A stretch of DNA of 64,000 nucleotides from Eledone cirrhosa (GCA_964016885.1 OZ024743.1:267468001-267532000); one strand, 5' to 3'. Positions 24,992 through 38,627 are shown, counted from the first letter of the stretch. Made by a program: numbers and translations. The notes: generated by a model from the letters alone, not told the origin.

Positions 24992-25947
24992 ATAGCGATA
25001 TATATGTGAAGAAAAACATAGAATATTCGAAAATATTCTGTATGTTTATAATAAACATTTTGAAGAGCCGGCTACCGCTCTTTCAAACCAGTTCCTGTAC
25101 ACAGCTAAGTATTCTATAAGTCTCTAGCTGTGTCGTTCTCGATAAAAGCATTGGATATGTAATCCTGATGATTTCTAATAAGAATGAAACGCGTAGATTA
25201 CTTCCCTTGCTTTTATCGAGAATCTCAAATTGTAATACGTGACGTATTCTATTCTATAGCGATTGGCTCTTCAAAATGTTTATTATAAACATACAGAATA
25301 TTTTCGAATATTCTATGTTTGTCTTCACATATATATCGCTATTTCAGAGCATTAAATCCAAATTCTAATTTCTGCCGGACCGGCTACCGCTCTTTCAAAC
25401 CAGTTCCTGTACACAGCTAAGTATTCTATAAGTCTCTAGCTGTGTCGTTCTCGATAAAAGCATTGGATATGTAATCCTGATGATTTCTAATAAGAATGAA
25501 ACGCGTAGATTACTTCCCTTGCTTTTATCGAGAATCTCAAATTGTAATACGTGACGTATTCTATTCTATAGCGATTGGCTCTTCAAAATGTTTATTATAA
25601 ACATACAGAATATTTTCGAATATTCTATGTTTGTCTTCACATATATATCGCTATTTCAGAGCATTAAATCCAAATTCTAATTTCTGCCGGACCGGCTACC
25701 GCTCTTTCAAACCAGTTCCTGTACACAGCTAAGTATTCTATAAGTCTCTAGCTGTGTCGTTCTCGATAAAAGCATTGGATATGTAATCCTGATGATTTCT
25801 AATAAGAATGAAACGCGTAGATTACTTCCCTTGCTTTTATCGAGAATCTCAAATTGTAATACGTGACGTATTCTATTCTATAGCGATTGGCTCTTCAAAA
25901 TGTTTATTATAAACATACAGAATATTTTCGAATATTCTATGTTTGTC

Positions 25948-25951
<4 letters not shown>
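24992..25951 (+). mobile_element. Family F retrozyme: ~2.8 near-identical 312-nt tandem monomers with three hammerheads, plus inverted 5' piece
   Basis: CTGATGA at 25165, 25477 and 25789: GTAATC-CTGATGA-TTTCT AATA AGAAT-GAAA-CGCG-TA-GATTAC. 24992-25069 is inverted. (TA)n on both sides. Confidence 0.92.
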
Positions 25952-26044
<93 letters not shown>

Positions 26045-26046
26045 GT

Positions 26047-26120
<74 letters not shown>

Positions 26121-26261
26121 GTGTCATTTTACTCAATAATAATAATAATTATTATATGTATATATCTATCTATTCTTACATCTATATATATATATATATA
26201 TCTAGCGATTCTTTGATTAAACTTTAAACTGTTATTTTAATAAATGAATAAATATACATAT

Positions 26262-26620
26262 ATATAAATGGAATAGAATGAAAAGAAATTTCATTTCTTA
26301 CTCTTAGTACTGCAGTTACTAAAATGTTTCATTCTATTCCATTTATAGTTTTCGGTGCGCCCGGCCGATTAACTCACTCGATATGCAAATTGGGCTGCTT
26401 AGCCGTTAATATGCATAAGGAAAGTATATACTTTCAGACGTTCAACCATCTGGCAGGAAGGTATACGATGCTGACGATAGCTAATAAGCTTGAAACTAGT
26501 ACATCGTTACTGTGTCAGTGTTGAACAAAAAGGTGACGAGGTTGCCTAAACACTGTACGGCGTATTTCGGGCATTATAATAAATGTTCGGTAAACCGATA
26601 CGTGCATATATATATGTGTG
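26262..26620 (+). mobile_element. Retrozyme-like family A copy with short inverted left arm
   Basis: ATGCAAAT 26383, TATATA 26425, HHR 26465-26507 (stem I ACGATG/CATCGT perfect; helix III ACTAGT; GUA). Confidence 0.85.
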
Positions 26621-26717
26621 CATGTCTGTATATATATACATACTACTGTACGTCTGTATATATATATGTATGTACGTATATATACATACTTGCATATATA
26701 TATATATATATATATTT

Positions 26718-26908
26718 AACGAAGGAAATGTGGTAAGGAACCAGGTGGACCATAACGCACCAAAGTACTCAATACTTAGGGTAGTAGAGTGGGTAATAGG
26801 AACGAGTAGGACCCCGACGGCTGAGCTCAAGCCGTTTTCTTTTTTTTTTTTTACTCCAGAATTAGCCGTCGAAACGGCTTGAGCTCAGCCGTCGGGGTCC
26901 TACTCATT

Positions 26909-26912
<4 letters not shown>
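26718..26912. repeat. Hairpin element family H
   Basis: Terminal fold-back GGACCCCGACGGCTGAGCTCAAGCCGTTT / AAACGGCTTGAGCTCAGCCGTCGGGGTCC, in (TA)n. Confidence 0.8.
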
Positions 26913-26958
<46 letters not shown>

Positions 26959-27371
26959 TAACAGATTAAAGTTTAAGCAAAGAATCGCGAGATATATATA
27001 TATATATAAGAATAGATAGATATATACATACAGATATGTATGTATGTATTCATATATACACACGTAGGCAGGCGCACAAATACATATATATGATATATAG
27101 AAAAAGAGAGAGAATGATGGTTGCTGTGAAACTAAGGAAAACGAGTGAATGGTTAACAGAGATATTATTGGAATGATGTTTATCAAGGAGAGTGGGGAAT
27201 GATGTTTGTTATGTATGTGTGTATCAGCGATAGGAGAAAGATAGAAAGATACATTTGGGGAGTCAGGAATATATGAAATAGGGAAGAAAGTTAAAACGGG
27301 GGGCAATATGTAGATGAAAAAGTGATTACTGGAATTCTCGAATAAAGAAGGAAAAAATGTCCCATGGGAAT

Positions 27372-27468
<97 letters not shown>

Positions 27469-27516
27469 GTATATATGTATGTGTGTGAGTGTATGTATCT
27501 ATCTGTATATCTATTA

Positions 27517-27569
<53 letters not shown>

Positions 27570-27741
27570 CGAGAGAGAGAGAGAGAGAGAGATAGAGAGA
27601 GAGAGGGGGAGATATATATAGAGAACTTCTTACAAGTGAAATAGATCGCGTTCTGTAGAAATCATCTCTATATAAAATAATTATGCTTATGTTCTATTAA
27701 TTTATGTAATCGTGATAATTTCCCGATCCGTCACCTATAAT

Positions 27742-28012
27742 AATTGTTTCTACTTTTGGCACAAGGCCGGTAATTATCTAGTACATTACTGGTACTTTAT
27801 TTTATTGAAACCGTAAGGATGAAAGGTAAAATTAACCTCAGCGCCATTTAAACCTAGAACGTAAAGGGCTACGACTCTATCCTACAATGCATGGTGTCAC
27901 CTTCTATAATATTTGTTTCTACTTTTGGCACCAGGCCAGCAACTTAAACAGTGCATTACTGGTACTTTATTTTACTGACCCCTTAACGATGAAAGGCAAA
28001 TTTAACCTCGGC
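27742..28012 (-). mobile_element. Two adjacent MetaSINE-like SINEs
   Basis: TGTTTCTACTTTTGGCAC...CTGGTACTTTATTTT occurs twice. Confidence 0.75.
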
Positions 28013-28384
28013 GTTGTATCCTATTTTGCCATAGTGTCATCATTTCTCTTATTTATTGTTTTACAAATTTGTTAAAATTTGGGTTTCATATCATATCCCC
28101 TGATATCATTCGTGGCTACAGAATTACACTGATTATAACATCAGAAACTTAAATAGTGAAACAATAATTATTAACAGTCAGATTTTAATTTGTCTTGTCT
28201 GCTGCCATCTCTATATATTCTAGTATTAAAATATAGTGTAATCATTATTTATATATTCTAAAATCCTTCCGATGTACCCATATATACACACGCACAAAAT
28301 AAATACATATGAAATCATTAGTGGATGACTCTTGACGCTCATGAGTTCCTGTGCCCTTTCTCAGATTTTGCATGTCATAACGCA

Positions 28385-28522
28385 GGATGTCCAGAAACCC
28401 CCCTCGTCACAATGCAAACATGGTAAGGTTATCGGTTTAGTCGCCGACGACCCGATCATGCTGTACCCGATCATGTTGTACTGGATTATATTACACCAGT
28501 AGAACTCAGGAGGGTCCTGCCA
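28385..28522. repeat. Interspersed repeat fragment (also at ~35632-35770)
   Basis: Shared TTTAGTCGCCGACGACCCGA(T/C)CATGC...GTTGTACTG...CCAGTAG. Confidence 0.6.
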
Positions 28523-30361
28523 TAATATATATATATATGTATATACACTCACACACACACATGCAGGCATACATACGTTTTTGCTTCTATGTGTACATAC
28601 TTATATATTTCTTATTTTGTCCTCTATGTCCTAGGGGCACCATGGAGTTATACAGCGTAGTTTGGGCAATTTTTAAACCTAGCAGAGCCGATCATTTCCC
28701 AAGGTCTGAATATCGCTTATTTCTTCAGGAAAAGAAGTGCGAGTAATAGAGAGGAGTGGTAAAGAGATGCAGAAGTAGAAATGCACCCATTATTAGACTG
28801 GCACTTTCCTCTATCGACCTCGAAAAGATGAACGGCAAAGATGACCTCTGTGGGATCAATGTGCAGGGCGTCAGAACAAATACCACAATGAATTCTCTCC
28901 AACGTTTTATCAAATCTGCCAAATGTCCGTGCTCGATATCAATATAAACGTAACTAAACGCCCATCTGCTATAGATTATAAATCTACTCACATTTGCTAA
29001 ACCAAATCTGGTCTGAACGAAAATTGCACCTTTCAGTACATATTTTATTGAAAATTCTCAACGTTTGAGGACGCATAACAGCTCTGTTCTTTTCTGTGAC
29101 TGCTTCAATTGAATAAAGCAATGTTTAACAAAGGGGCATACGAGCAAAAATATTACAATCATGATTATTTTATCATTTGTATATCTACATCTCAATTATT
29201 GAATGAGACCTTCAATTGTCAGGACGTTAAATGTGCCTACATTTTCTTGCAATAGAATTTCCACGTAATCGAAAACTCCCTGACGTGTAATATTTGCGCA
29301 GGCTCGCGTGTTTATACAATGTTACAAGTTTGAATTCACTTCTTCGTCTAAACCTCACCAAGAATATAGTTTTCATTGGGATAGCTACCACACAATTGAA
29401 ATTATCAATATTTATATCGTGTCAGACGCTTACCTGTTTGTATAATGTTTCCTGTCATCAACAGAGCTATGACTTTTATTTTTAATTGATTCAGCTGACC
29501 TAATTGTAATTAATTATCATTAACATTTAATAGAATCAAATATCACCAATGCTAATTAAGAGACGAATATTTAGTTAATTAACAGCGCCCAGTCCAGATA
29601 TTCCGATAAACAAAGTATTTCGCGTAAGATATCTCTGGTCTCTACAAATAGAGAGATTCCATATGCTAATTCAATTTAGTATAAATAGCAACCAATTTTC
29701 ACTTATTTTACATTTTATCTGCTTAAAATAAGAAATACGCATTTGATAATGTAATCATTGATACACCATTCCTGACAAGATGGGATATCATCTGAAATCT
29801 TGAATGCCTTATATGTTCTGACATGGAGAAGGATAGGGCACTACCAGGTTTAAACTAACTAATGGGTGCCTCGTGTCAAACCGACGCTTTTCGATTCCAT
29901 CAGGGCCCATTTACCTTTACTTAGGTATATATATAAACAAGAAATATATTTAGATAATTAGAAAAATTCATCATATAAAATATTGAAGCACATTAGTTTA
30001 TTGTATATACTTTTAGGAGAGATGGTCACCATTTTAGAAGGCTGCGTTATTTTACGATTTAGAGGGGAGTTCGTTTCCCTAGCTTGGCTGGTAGAACATC
30101 TCTTCTATTTGTTGTTAGGTGTAGGTAAACAATTAAGCAAAAAGAACATACCTCGAGATTATATGTACATGAGCCTTTTAATCAGAGCAATAAACAAAAA
30201 GGTTATCATATCAGTTGCACCTTGATTGGTAATTCGTAATTATCATTAAGTAGCGGTGTTTAATTATCCCGTGACCGCATGGTGTGATATCGCTGTTTCG
30301 CCACCGTGAAATGCGTCTACTCGCATCAACACACAAAGTTGAAAAGTGTGTATTCAGAACG

Positions 30362-30395
30362 TGACGTCAGAACGTGACGTCAGAACGTGACGTCA
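30362..30395. promoter_or_regulatory. Three tandem perfect CRE-type palindromes (TGACGTCA) in the LTR
   Basis: At 30362, 30375 and 30388 (13-bp period). The other LTR has one perfect site (34528) and one imperfect site. Confidence 0.5.
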
Positions 30396-30899
30396 GAACT
30401 AAGGGCAGTTAATCGAATGGCTCCAAATCAAAGCTAGGTGGCGTGATCTTCTACATGGCCTCCCACCAGAATTTTAGAAAAGGAAATAAAAATCGTTTCA
30501 TCGGACCATGTATGTAGAAAAACGATGAGCAACTAGCAAAAAGCCCCAAACCAAGGAGCAATCAGCCCAACCGAGCATGAAGGGCACAACAAATTTCAAA
30601 AGAACATATGAAACAAGCATGCAAGAACGAGAAAAAAAAAAAAAAAAATGTAAATACAATTTTTAAAAGTTCAAATAGTTCAAATAGAAAATACAGGATT
30701 AAAGCGCTGCACAATCGCAGCTTAAACATATACAGTGCTACACAGTGTTTTGCAAAAAGGGTCCAGTGGCCAGTTCATATAATAAAAGTTTGGAAGAGTT
30801 CTTTGGGCCAGTGGACTCATCGACCGGAACGGGTCGTGGTCTTGTATCTTGGTGATTTGGCAAAGAAACAGGTGTGTGTGCAAAAGAGAAAGACAGGGT

Positions 30900-32900
30900 G
30901 TATGAATCTAGCCGTTATGAGTGTTACTGTGGCAGAAGATCCTGGATGTGAAATGCCGTGTAAAACAAGAAACACAGTTCGACGATCGTTCAACGGAACA
31001 AAAGGGCGTGGCGCATCCAAAGAGACATCGCAGAGGATCCGTCCGTCTGCGGTCGATAATGGTAGCTATTTCATCCTGCAATTCACACATTCAGACGATG
31101 TAACATCCAACGATTCGAGGGTAGGCTGATCGGCTGCCAAGCGATTCAAATCTATGTCATCGGACGCCGAGATCGAAGCAATCGGCAAACGAGACAGGGC
31201 GTCGGCCGCTGTATTCATAGAACCCGGAATATGTTGAATATCATTAGTAAATTTAGAGATGAGGTCGAGATCTCTAGTTTCTCTGGGCGAGTATTTGTCG
31301 GCCTTTGCTTGCAAGGCGAATATCAACGGCTTGTGGTCCGTGTAGATGGTGGACGTTCTTCCTTCAAGCATGTGCGAAAAATGCTTCACCGATAAGTATA
31401 TAGCTAACAACTCCCGTCCAAAGGTGCTGTAGCGGGTTTCGGCAGGTTTCAGCTTCCTGGAGAAAAATTCCAACGGTTGCTGTTGATCATTAGCTGCTTT
31501 GTTGCAAAACTGCGCCCACGGCAGTATCCGACGCATCAACACAAAGCGAAAGCTTAGCATTGGACACTGGGTGAGCCAGCAAAGATGCATTGGCTAGAGC
31601 AATTTTCGCATTCTCAAAATCCTCGAGCTGAGTTTCATTCAAAAAATGTCTTTATTTTTCTTTCGGCAATTTTTCAAAATGTCCGTCAAAGAGAAGAGTA
31701 GCTTATCACAATTAGGCACAAACCGCCTATAAAAGTTAATCAGCCCCAAGAATTGGCGCAACTGACGGAGTGAGTTCGGTGGAGGCAAATCCTCTATAGC
31801 TTTAACTCTCTTAGGATAGGTCGAATCCCGTCAGAGTCAAAGACATGACCTAAAGAATTCAGTGATTCCGCACCGAAAACACATTTTGTGGGATTTATTT
31901 GAATACTGTAATCCTTCAGTCGACAAAACAAAAGATTCAAATGACGTATGTGTTCTTCTCTGGAGGAACTAGCAATAAGCAGATCATCAATATAAGTGTA
32001 GACGAAGTCGAAACCACGAGTGATCTCATCCATGAACCGTTGAAAGGTTCTAGCAGCATTCCTAAGTCCGAAAGGCATGGGAAGAAATTCGAATAATCCA
32101 AATGGAGTCGTAATGGCCGTTTTCGGAATATCTTCTTTCCTGACAGGAATCTGATGATAGGCTCGCACCAAATCGAGCTTCGAGAAAATTTTACATCCCT
32201 GCAACGACGATGCAAAATCATGCAGGTGTGGAATAGGGTATCTATCCGGGAGAGTTATAGCATTTAACTTCCTATAATCGCCAGTGGGTCTCCAGTCGCC
32301 AGAAGTTTTGGGTACCATGTGTAACGGAGAAGCCCAAGGGCTCGTAGAAGGGCGAACTATGCCAAGATGCAGCATGGGGTCGAACTCGGACCGTGCTGCC
32401 TTCAATTTGTCCGCAGGCAAGCGACGAGGATCGTGAGAACACTGGGGCGCCAGTTGTAGCGATAAAATGCTCCGTTGTGTGAGTCGGTTCGACAACTCGA
32501 AAATTTTCCTGAGTAAGCTGTGGGAAAGAATTCAACAATGCATGATAGGGATTCCCAGCATTAGCGATGAAAAAGGTCGGGCTAACCGCTGGAAAATTAG
32601 CTTTCTGGCCACAAAGAAAAAAAAACAGTAATGTCGTCTACTAGGCGTCGGCCACGGACGTCCACGGACGTCCACCGTCGGCCACGGACGTCCACCAGAG
32701 GAAGCGAGATTTGTCCAAAGGTCCGTATCGGCGAATGATTGACAGCTTGTTGTAGATTCATTGATGACTGAGGAGGCGTTACTGTCATACAATTGACAGG
32801 CCAAATACTGCACGAAGCTCCTGTGTCTACGAGGAAGGCTCTTCCAGACAGGAGGTACTCTATGAAGAAATGGCGGTTCTGTTGTGTCTGGCAGAATTCA
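30900..32900 (-). pseudogene. pol: Gypsy pol (PR-RT-RH, frameshifted; integrase deleted)
   Basis: [55 protein letters not shown]. Confidence 0.9.
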
Positions 32901-32910
32901 CTTGCCGCCT

Positions 32911-33705
32911 TTAGTGACTCTGATCTACATTTCCCGAAGCTGAATATTTACATGGAGGCCGGCAATGTTTTGCCTTCTCCGCGAAGGTGGCATGATACCA
33001 GCAAAATAATGGATTGCTGGCGGGCGAAGTGGTATGCCGACGTGGAGTCGCGAAAGAACGCGAAATACTCCTAGGCCGCCGGGAATACGGCCTATTCTCC
33101 CTGCATAACCGAGCGACTTGCTGCGTCAAAGCGTCAATAGCTTTTAACATGGCATCCTCGCGTGTCGAGACGGGCTGGTTCGAATGTGAAGAAGAAGCAA
33201 CACACGAGTCCGGGTCGGTAGTCTTTCTAGAAAATTCCACGATTCGATCAGCGGAGGCAGCAATCTGCTCCAAAGAACTGGTATCCACAATGTTTGCCAA
33301 GATAATTTGGACCTTGTTTGGCAGGCGAGAGAAAAATAGTTTCTTTATGAATGGGCTATCTTTGTCTGTCGAGTCGCTGAGGTCCCTGATGTGTAGCAAA
33401 AATTCAGACGCTGTTCTGTCACATAAACACACGTCATCCAACAATGAACGAAATCTGCTTTCAGCAGAACGACTGTTTCTTCTTAATATTTCTTCCCGTA
33501 ACGAATCATACGAAATACCGGCCGATGGGTTCGTTATCAAATCCTTCACCGTTGTAGCGAGTGAAGAAGGAATGCCGCTTATCAAAACGTTGAGCTTCTG
33601 CTCTGTTTTCCCTCCGTTCGCAGCGAAATATGCGTCGAGTTGTGCAAACCAGAGTTTGAGTTCACCTGAGAACGCAGGTAAACTAGGACTACTCATCATT
33701 AGCAT
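32911..33705 (-). CDS. gag: Gypsy gag
   Basis: LPAF...LWFAQL N-terminus and CWYHATFAEKAKHCRPPC C-terminal motif. Confidence 0.88.
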   Translation of the reverse strand: MLMMSSPSLPAFSGELKLWFAQLDAYFAANGGKTEQKLNVLISGIPSSLATTVKDLITNPSAGISYDSLREEILRRNSRSAESRFRSLLDDVCLCDRTASEFLLHIRDLSDSTDKDSPFIKKLFFSRLPNKVQIILANIVDTSSLEQIAASADRIVEFSRKTTDPDSCVASSSHSNQPVSTREDAMLKAIDALTQQVARLCRENRPYSRRPRSISRSFATPRRHTTSPASNPLFCWYHATFAEKAKHCRPPCKYSASGNVDQSH

Positions 33706-36700
33706 GTATCAGTTCTACATAAAAAATACTAAATGATATCCAAGTAAAGAAATGCAACGCGTGTTAGATGTTTGGAACAATGGGAAAACTACACAAATTT
33801 CCCTCAACATCCATGAAGAAAGAAGAAATGCAAAATCCGGAATCGACAAGTCACAATTATTCAAGGCAGAAAAATTAAATGTTTATTATTTTTTTTTAAT
33901 TGGAGAAGGAGATGGCATCACATGATGCGTCTCAGCCAATCATACGGCCGCATTTCGGAGAAGAAAGACAATTGGCAGGAAAATTGGTGGACCAGTCAGC
34001 CATTGTCAATTTTTTTTTTTTTTGTGTTAAACGAACAATTTTCAATTTCTTTATTTTCGCATAGTTGCAAGAAATAAAATATTAGTTTCGTCAATTTTTT
34101 TTTTATGTTTCTCTAGACATTTTTAGAAGTATTTTTTAGAAGGCTCTGTATTGCATAATCGGGCGGGGTCAACCACTTTAGGAGAGATGGTCACCATTTT
34201 AGAAGGCTGCGTTGTTTTACGATTTAGAGAGGAGTTCGTTTCCCTAGCTTGGCTGGTAGAACATCTCTTCTATTTGTTGTTAGGTGTAGGTAAACAATTA
34301 AGCAAGAAGAACATACCTCGAGATTATATGTACATGAGCATTTTAATCAGAGCAATAAAGAAAACCGGTTATCATATCAGTTGCTCCTTGATTGGTAATT
34401 CGTAATTATCATTAAGTGGCGGTGTTCAATTATCCCGTGACCGCATGGTGTGATATCGCTATTTCGCCACCGTGAAATGCGTCTGCTCGCATCAACACAC
34501 AAAGTTGAAAAGTGTGTATTCAGCTACTGACGTCAGAACGTGACTTCAGAACTAAGGGCAGTTAATCGACACCCTCCAAAGTCAAAGCTAGGTGGCGTGA
34601 TCTTCTACATACTTATACATAATGGTTTCTGATTTAGGCACAAGGCCAGCAGATTTGGGGGTGCGGAAAATCGATTAGATTCGATTTATATAATAATAAA
34701 ACACATACACACGCACAATGAGAATTACACGAGTGATGGAATCTAGAAGGCGACAATACTGAGAATTATGTAGTGAAAAGTATATCATTGCTTCAGAATT
34801 CAAATCTTACCGAGGCCTGAGAACGGTCATGTGCAATGACTTTTTCTCTCAGCCTTAACATATGTATGCATATTATGTATATATACGTTCAGCTCGATAT
34901 TCATTAATAGATTATTTACCAACGTACCAAGACGAATGTGTGACTGTACTTGGATACTTGGATTTACGGAGAGAACGTAGCTCATATCATTAATTCATAA
35001 ACTACAAATATCCGCGATATCATGAAACTTGAAAATTCGCAAAATATTCTCTTGATTTAAAGGATGAAAACTTATACAAGATAAGGCGTCAGTTTTCTCT
35101 TTCTTTACAATTGTTCCGCTTGGAAAGTGTCCGGTCAAAAATAAGCTGAAAATTAAGTGAAAAAGATACCTACTTACACACACACATGATGATGGCTGCC
35201 CCCTCGTTATCGAGTGTGGCCATTGCACGATATAACATTATTAATAATATAATATTAAAAATTATTAATTAATGCTATCGTGCAATGCTTGTGCGTGAAG
35301 GTTTTTTTTAAAGTGAGTAAAGACTGTGCACTGAGCCAATCCCACTCCCTGAGCGAGAGTAGCTATAACCCGAAAAGAAAAAAAGATCAACATCATCGGT
35401 ATCTACTGAACCGCAGGTTTTATGTCGGAGTTATCACAGTTTTCTGAGTTGCCTTCTCCTTGAAGAATGCCATGACAAGTGCTAGGGTTCTTCACTCCCA
35501 GTGGTTTAACTACAAGATCTATTTCCCCTCGCATATACATACACATGCATACATGTGTATACATATTTAAACATTTTTGGATGGCCGTTGACTCTTATGA
35601 GTACTTCCGCCCTTTGTCAGGTTTTGTTTTTTGTCCTGCAGGGTGTCTAAAACCACCCTTCTCACCAAGTAAACTTGGTGGGGTTACCGCTTTAGTCGCC
35701 GACGACCCGACCATGCGACAGGTTGTACTGTGTTACATGTTACCAGTAGCACTCGAGAACGACCTGACATACATACATACAAACACACAAACACACATAC
35801 ATACATAGATACACACACACACACACATACATACATACATACATACATATCTTACAAGGATATTTTTCATGTGTTTCTCTTTTAGATTATTTTTCCTTAT
35901 TTGTCGCTAATAATTAATTAATGGCTCGTTTGGTTCCTTGTTTTCGAATCTACCCGACCTCTAATATGTATATATCTTTTCCACATTTATGTTCCTTCCT
36001 AACAAATATAATATATTAAAAACATGCAAAAGAAATTGAAAAAATAAATGTTTGAATGGCAAAACGATTACTCAGAAACACGGTTAGTCTTATTAGCACA
36101 CATAATTATACATATAAACTTTATTAGTGATTCAAACAGACAAACTCTCGTATACATAGGCACCCAAGATCACACATATATACATGCACTTATAACAACA
36201 CATGCGTATTACTTCCTTATTTGTGTACTAAATATTCAGCACTCATTGACGTTCAACTAGTTTGGTCTGGTCTGGTCTGGTCTGGTTGTTTTAATATCCT
36301 AGCAGCAATGTCAGCATTAGGAAAGAGAAAGATGCTGTGTTTATAAAAGAACATTATTTCCGCTTCCGGTTCACTGGTATCTTGCATGACTGTGAAACAT
36401 AAGTATAAAGGGTGGTCTATGCAAAAAATTAAAACAGAAAGAATAATATATAACCAAAAACATGTTAATAGATTTAACATAGCATAGATGTGACTAATTA
36501 TCTATTTATCTATACTATATAATAATTTCTAAGCAGTGCCACATAGCTAAGACATTTGAGGAAGATGTGTAGACAAATTGATCCATCAAAGGAACATAGA
36601 GGCATTATTATATTATATACGTACATGGTTGTGTAGTTAAGGAGATCGCATTGCAAATACGGGGTTTCCAGATTACTCCCACAGGCTGTCAAATTGAACA

Positions 36701-37734
36701 GGTGTCTCCTAAAATAGCCACGTCTTTATTAATACCTTTAAAGCGAAATTTGGTTGATTTACACAGTTGAATCCAGTTGTATATATATGCTCATACATAT
36801 ATACATACGTGCATACATACATACATACATACATACATACATACATACATACATACATACATACATACATACATACTCTATGCTCACGCCTAGAAAATAA
36901 CTCTAATTACAGCCAGAGGCTATAAATTAATTTATAAATACCCTTAATGTTTACACGTGTGGAGTTATGATGTGTGTGTATGTTTATGTCCCATAATTTA
37001 GCGTATACACATAAAGATATCGGGAATATCTGAATAGGGTTGGGGGTTGATGTTATCAATTAAATACCTTTACGGCAGTGCCCTAGCATGATCTCAATCT
37101 AATTATTGAACACAGAAAAAGAATAAACGAATATGAGTTCAATTTTTCCCTTTCGTCTAAGAGAGAACGTGAAATAAATAACCGTTCGAGATATTAGGAG
37201 TAGTGGGTTTGTTAAATCATTAGACCTGATACATTGTCGTATTTCTTTCTGCTGTAGACATTCTGATTTCAAATCCCTCTGGCGCTCAGTTAAAAGTAAC
37301 TATCGGGAAGAATTGTGTAGTGGTGACACTGAGGCCAAAATATTAAACACGATATTGTCTTTGAAAACCTAACATGTCCCAAAAAACTAACATGCACTGA
37401 GCTCAAACTATTTTTATATATGCATATGTGTGCGTATCTGTGTTTGAGAGTGTGTGTGCTTGTCTGTGTTTATATGTGTATGTATGTATAGATTTATGTG
37501 TGTGCGTGTGTGCGTGTGGAAATTCACAACACCTTATACCCCTCATCAGACCTGCTGAATCCTACATGATTCTATTCCTCAGAATCACCTATCCACACAG
37601 AAAAACATTTAAACATATTACATCAACATTGAGATGCACAGTACATAATACATCGTTGAAAAAGGTTTTAGCTTTAAAATATCAAATTTGGTGGCCATAC
37701 CTGGGCCCCAAAACCTGAGGTGGCGCATACATGT

Positions 37735-37779
<45 letters not shown>

Positions 37780-37785
<6 letters not shown>

Positions 37786-37995
37786 TAACTGATTAAATTT
37801 TAAGCATTTAAACGCTGCTTTCACCCTTTACAGGATCTTCTGAAACTCAAAAGTTCCCTTAAGGATGAAAGCAGCGATTCTTTGCTTAAACTTTAATCTG
37901 TTATTTTAATAAATATTTGCTCTATGGTTTTTATATATTTGATATATCCTTATCGAGCCCTCTTTGTATTTTAGTCTTCACATTTATTATTATTA
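37780..37995. repeat. Family C element with inverted left arm and variant hammerhead at 37796-37847(-)
   Basis: Minus strand reads GTTT-CAGAAGA-TCCT gtaa AGGGt-GAAA-GCA...TGC-TT-AAA. Confidence 0.6.
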
Positions 37996-37999
37996 ATAT

Positions 38000-38177
38000 T
38001 GGCAGTATCGGTAGAATGGTCGTACGCGATGCTTTGACGCATAGAGTTACGGCACTTGCCATTTTGAGTACAAATCCCGCCGAGGTTCACTTTGCCTTTT
38101 ATCCTTACGGGGTCGATAAAATAAATAACCAGTAATGCACTTGGATAAGTGCTGGCCTTGTGCTAAAAGTAGAAACA
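38000..38177 (+). mobile_element. MetaSINE-like SINE
   Basis: TGGCAGTATCGGTAG box A-like head, Meta-type core, AGAAACA end. Confidence 0.82.
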
Positions 38178-38348
38178 ATTATTACTTTATATATATAAAT
38201 ATATATATATATAAATGTAATCTGAGATTTTCGAATATTAATAACGTTCGACTCGTTTGCAATTATGCAAACAATCCTCAATTTTATATCCTGTTTATTT
38301 TTGAAAATAGCATATATACCAGCTCTGACAGTTTGGCAGATGAACAGT

Positions 38349-38398
38349 GAACTGTACTGATGAAGGGTGATACCCAGAAACATTAGTGTCTGCAGTTC
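38349..38398 (+). ncRNA. Type I hammerhead within family G element (~38215-38580, between TA tracts)
   Basis: GAACTGTA-CTGATGA-aGGGT GAT ACCCa-GAAA-CATTAGTG-TC-TGCAGTTC, GUC triplet. Upstream ATGCAAAC 38265 and TATATA 38313. Confidence 0.85.
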
Positions 38399-38585
38399 TG
38401 TTCAGATGCCAACACAAGAGCAAGAATGAAGTGTTCATTCTACTGACATGGCTATACAATTGAGGCCTGTTTGCAATAAAATTGAGGCTTAATTGCAAAA
38501 GAATCGAATGTTATTATTAATACTCGAAAAGCTCCGATTACATTTATTGTTTTCAGGCATGTAGAGCGAAAATGTTCTGTATATA

Positions 38586-38627
<42 letters not shown>

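Larger units (their letters stand above)
30012..34609 (-). mobile_element. Ty3/Gypsy LTR retrotransposon, integrase mostly deleted
   Basis: LTRs 30012-30455 and 34177-34609; 4-bp TSD TACT; PBS-like TGGTTGACCCCG; purine-rich PPT; gag, protease (FLVDTGAS), RT (YIDD) and RNase H. Confidence 0.95.

Noticed and set aside
25068-25951. Regular repeat array as a CRISPR candidate
   Set aside because: The whole 312-nt unit repeats, with no unique spacers and no cas genes, in a eukaryotic context.
29875-29905. Hammerhead-like CTGATGG-AATC-GAAA-AGCG-TC on the minus strand
   Set aside because: The core is mutated and stem II is absent, so it cannot be distinguished from chance.
33014-33736. 240-aa plus-strand ORF
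   Set aside because: It is the antisense shadow of gag.
35632-35770. Possible HDV-like ribozyme in the repeat shared with 28385-28522
   Set aside because: I could not build P1/P1.1/P2 pairing, and the L3-like loop is non-consensus.
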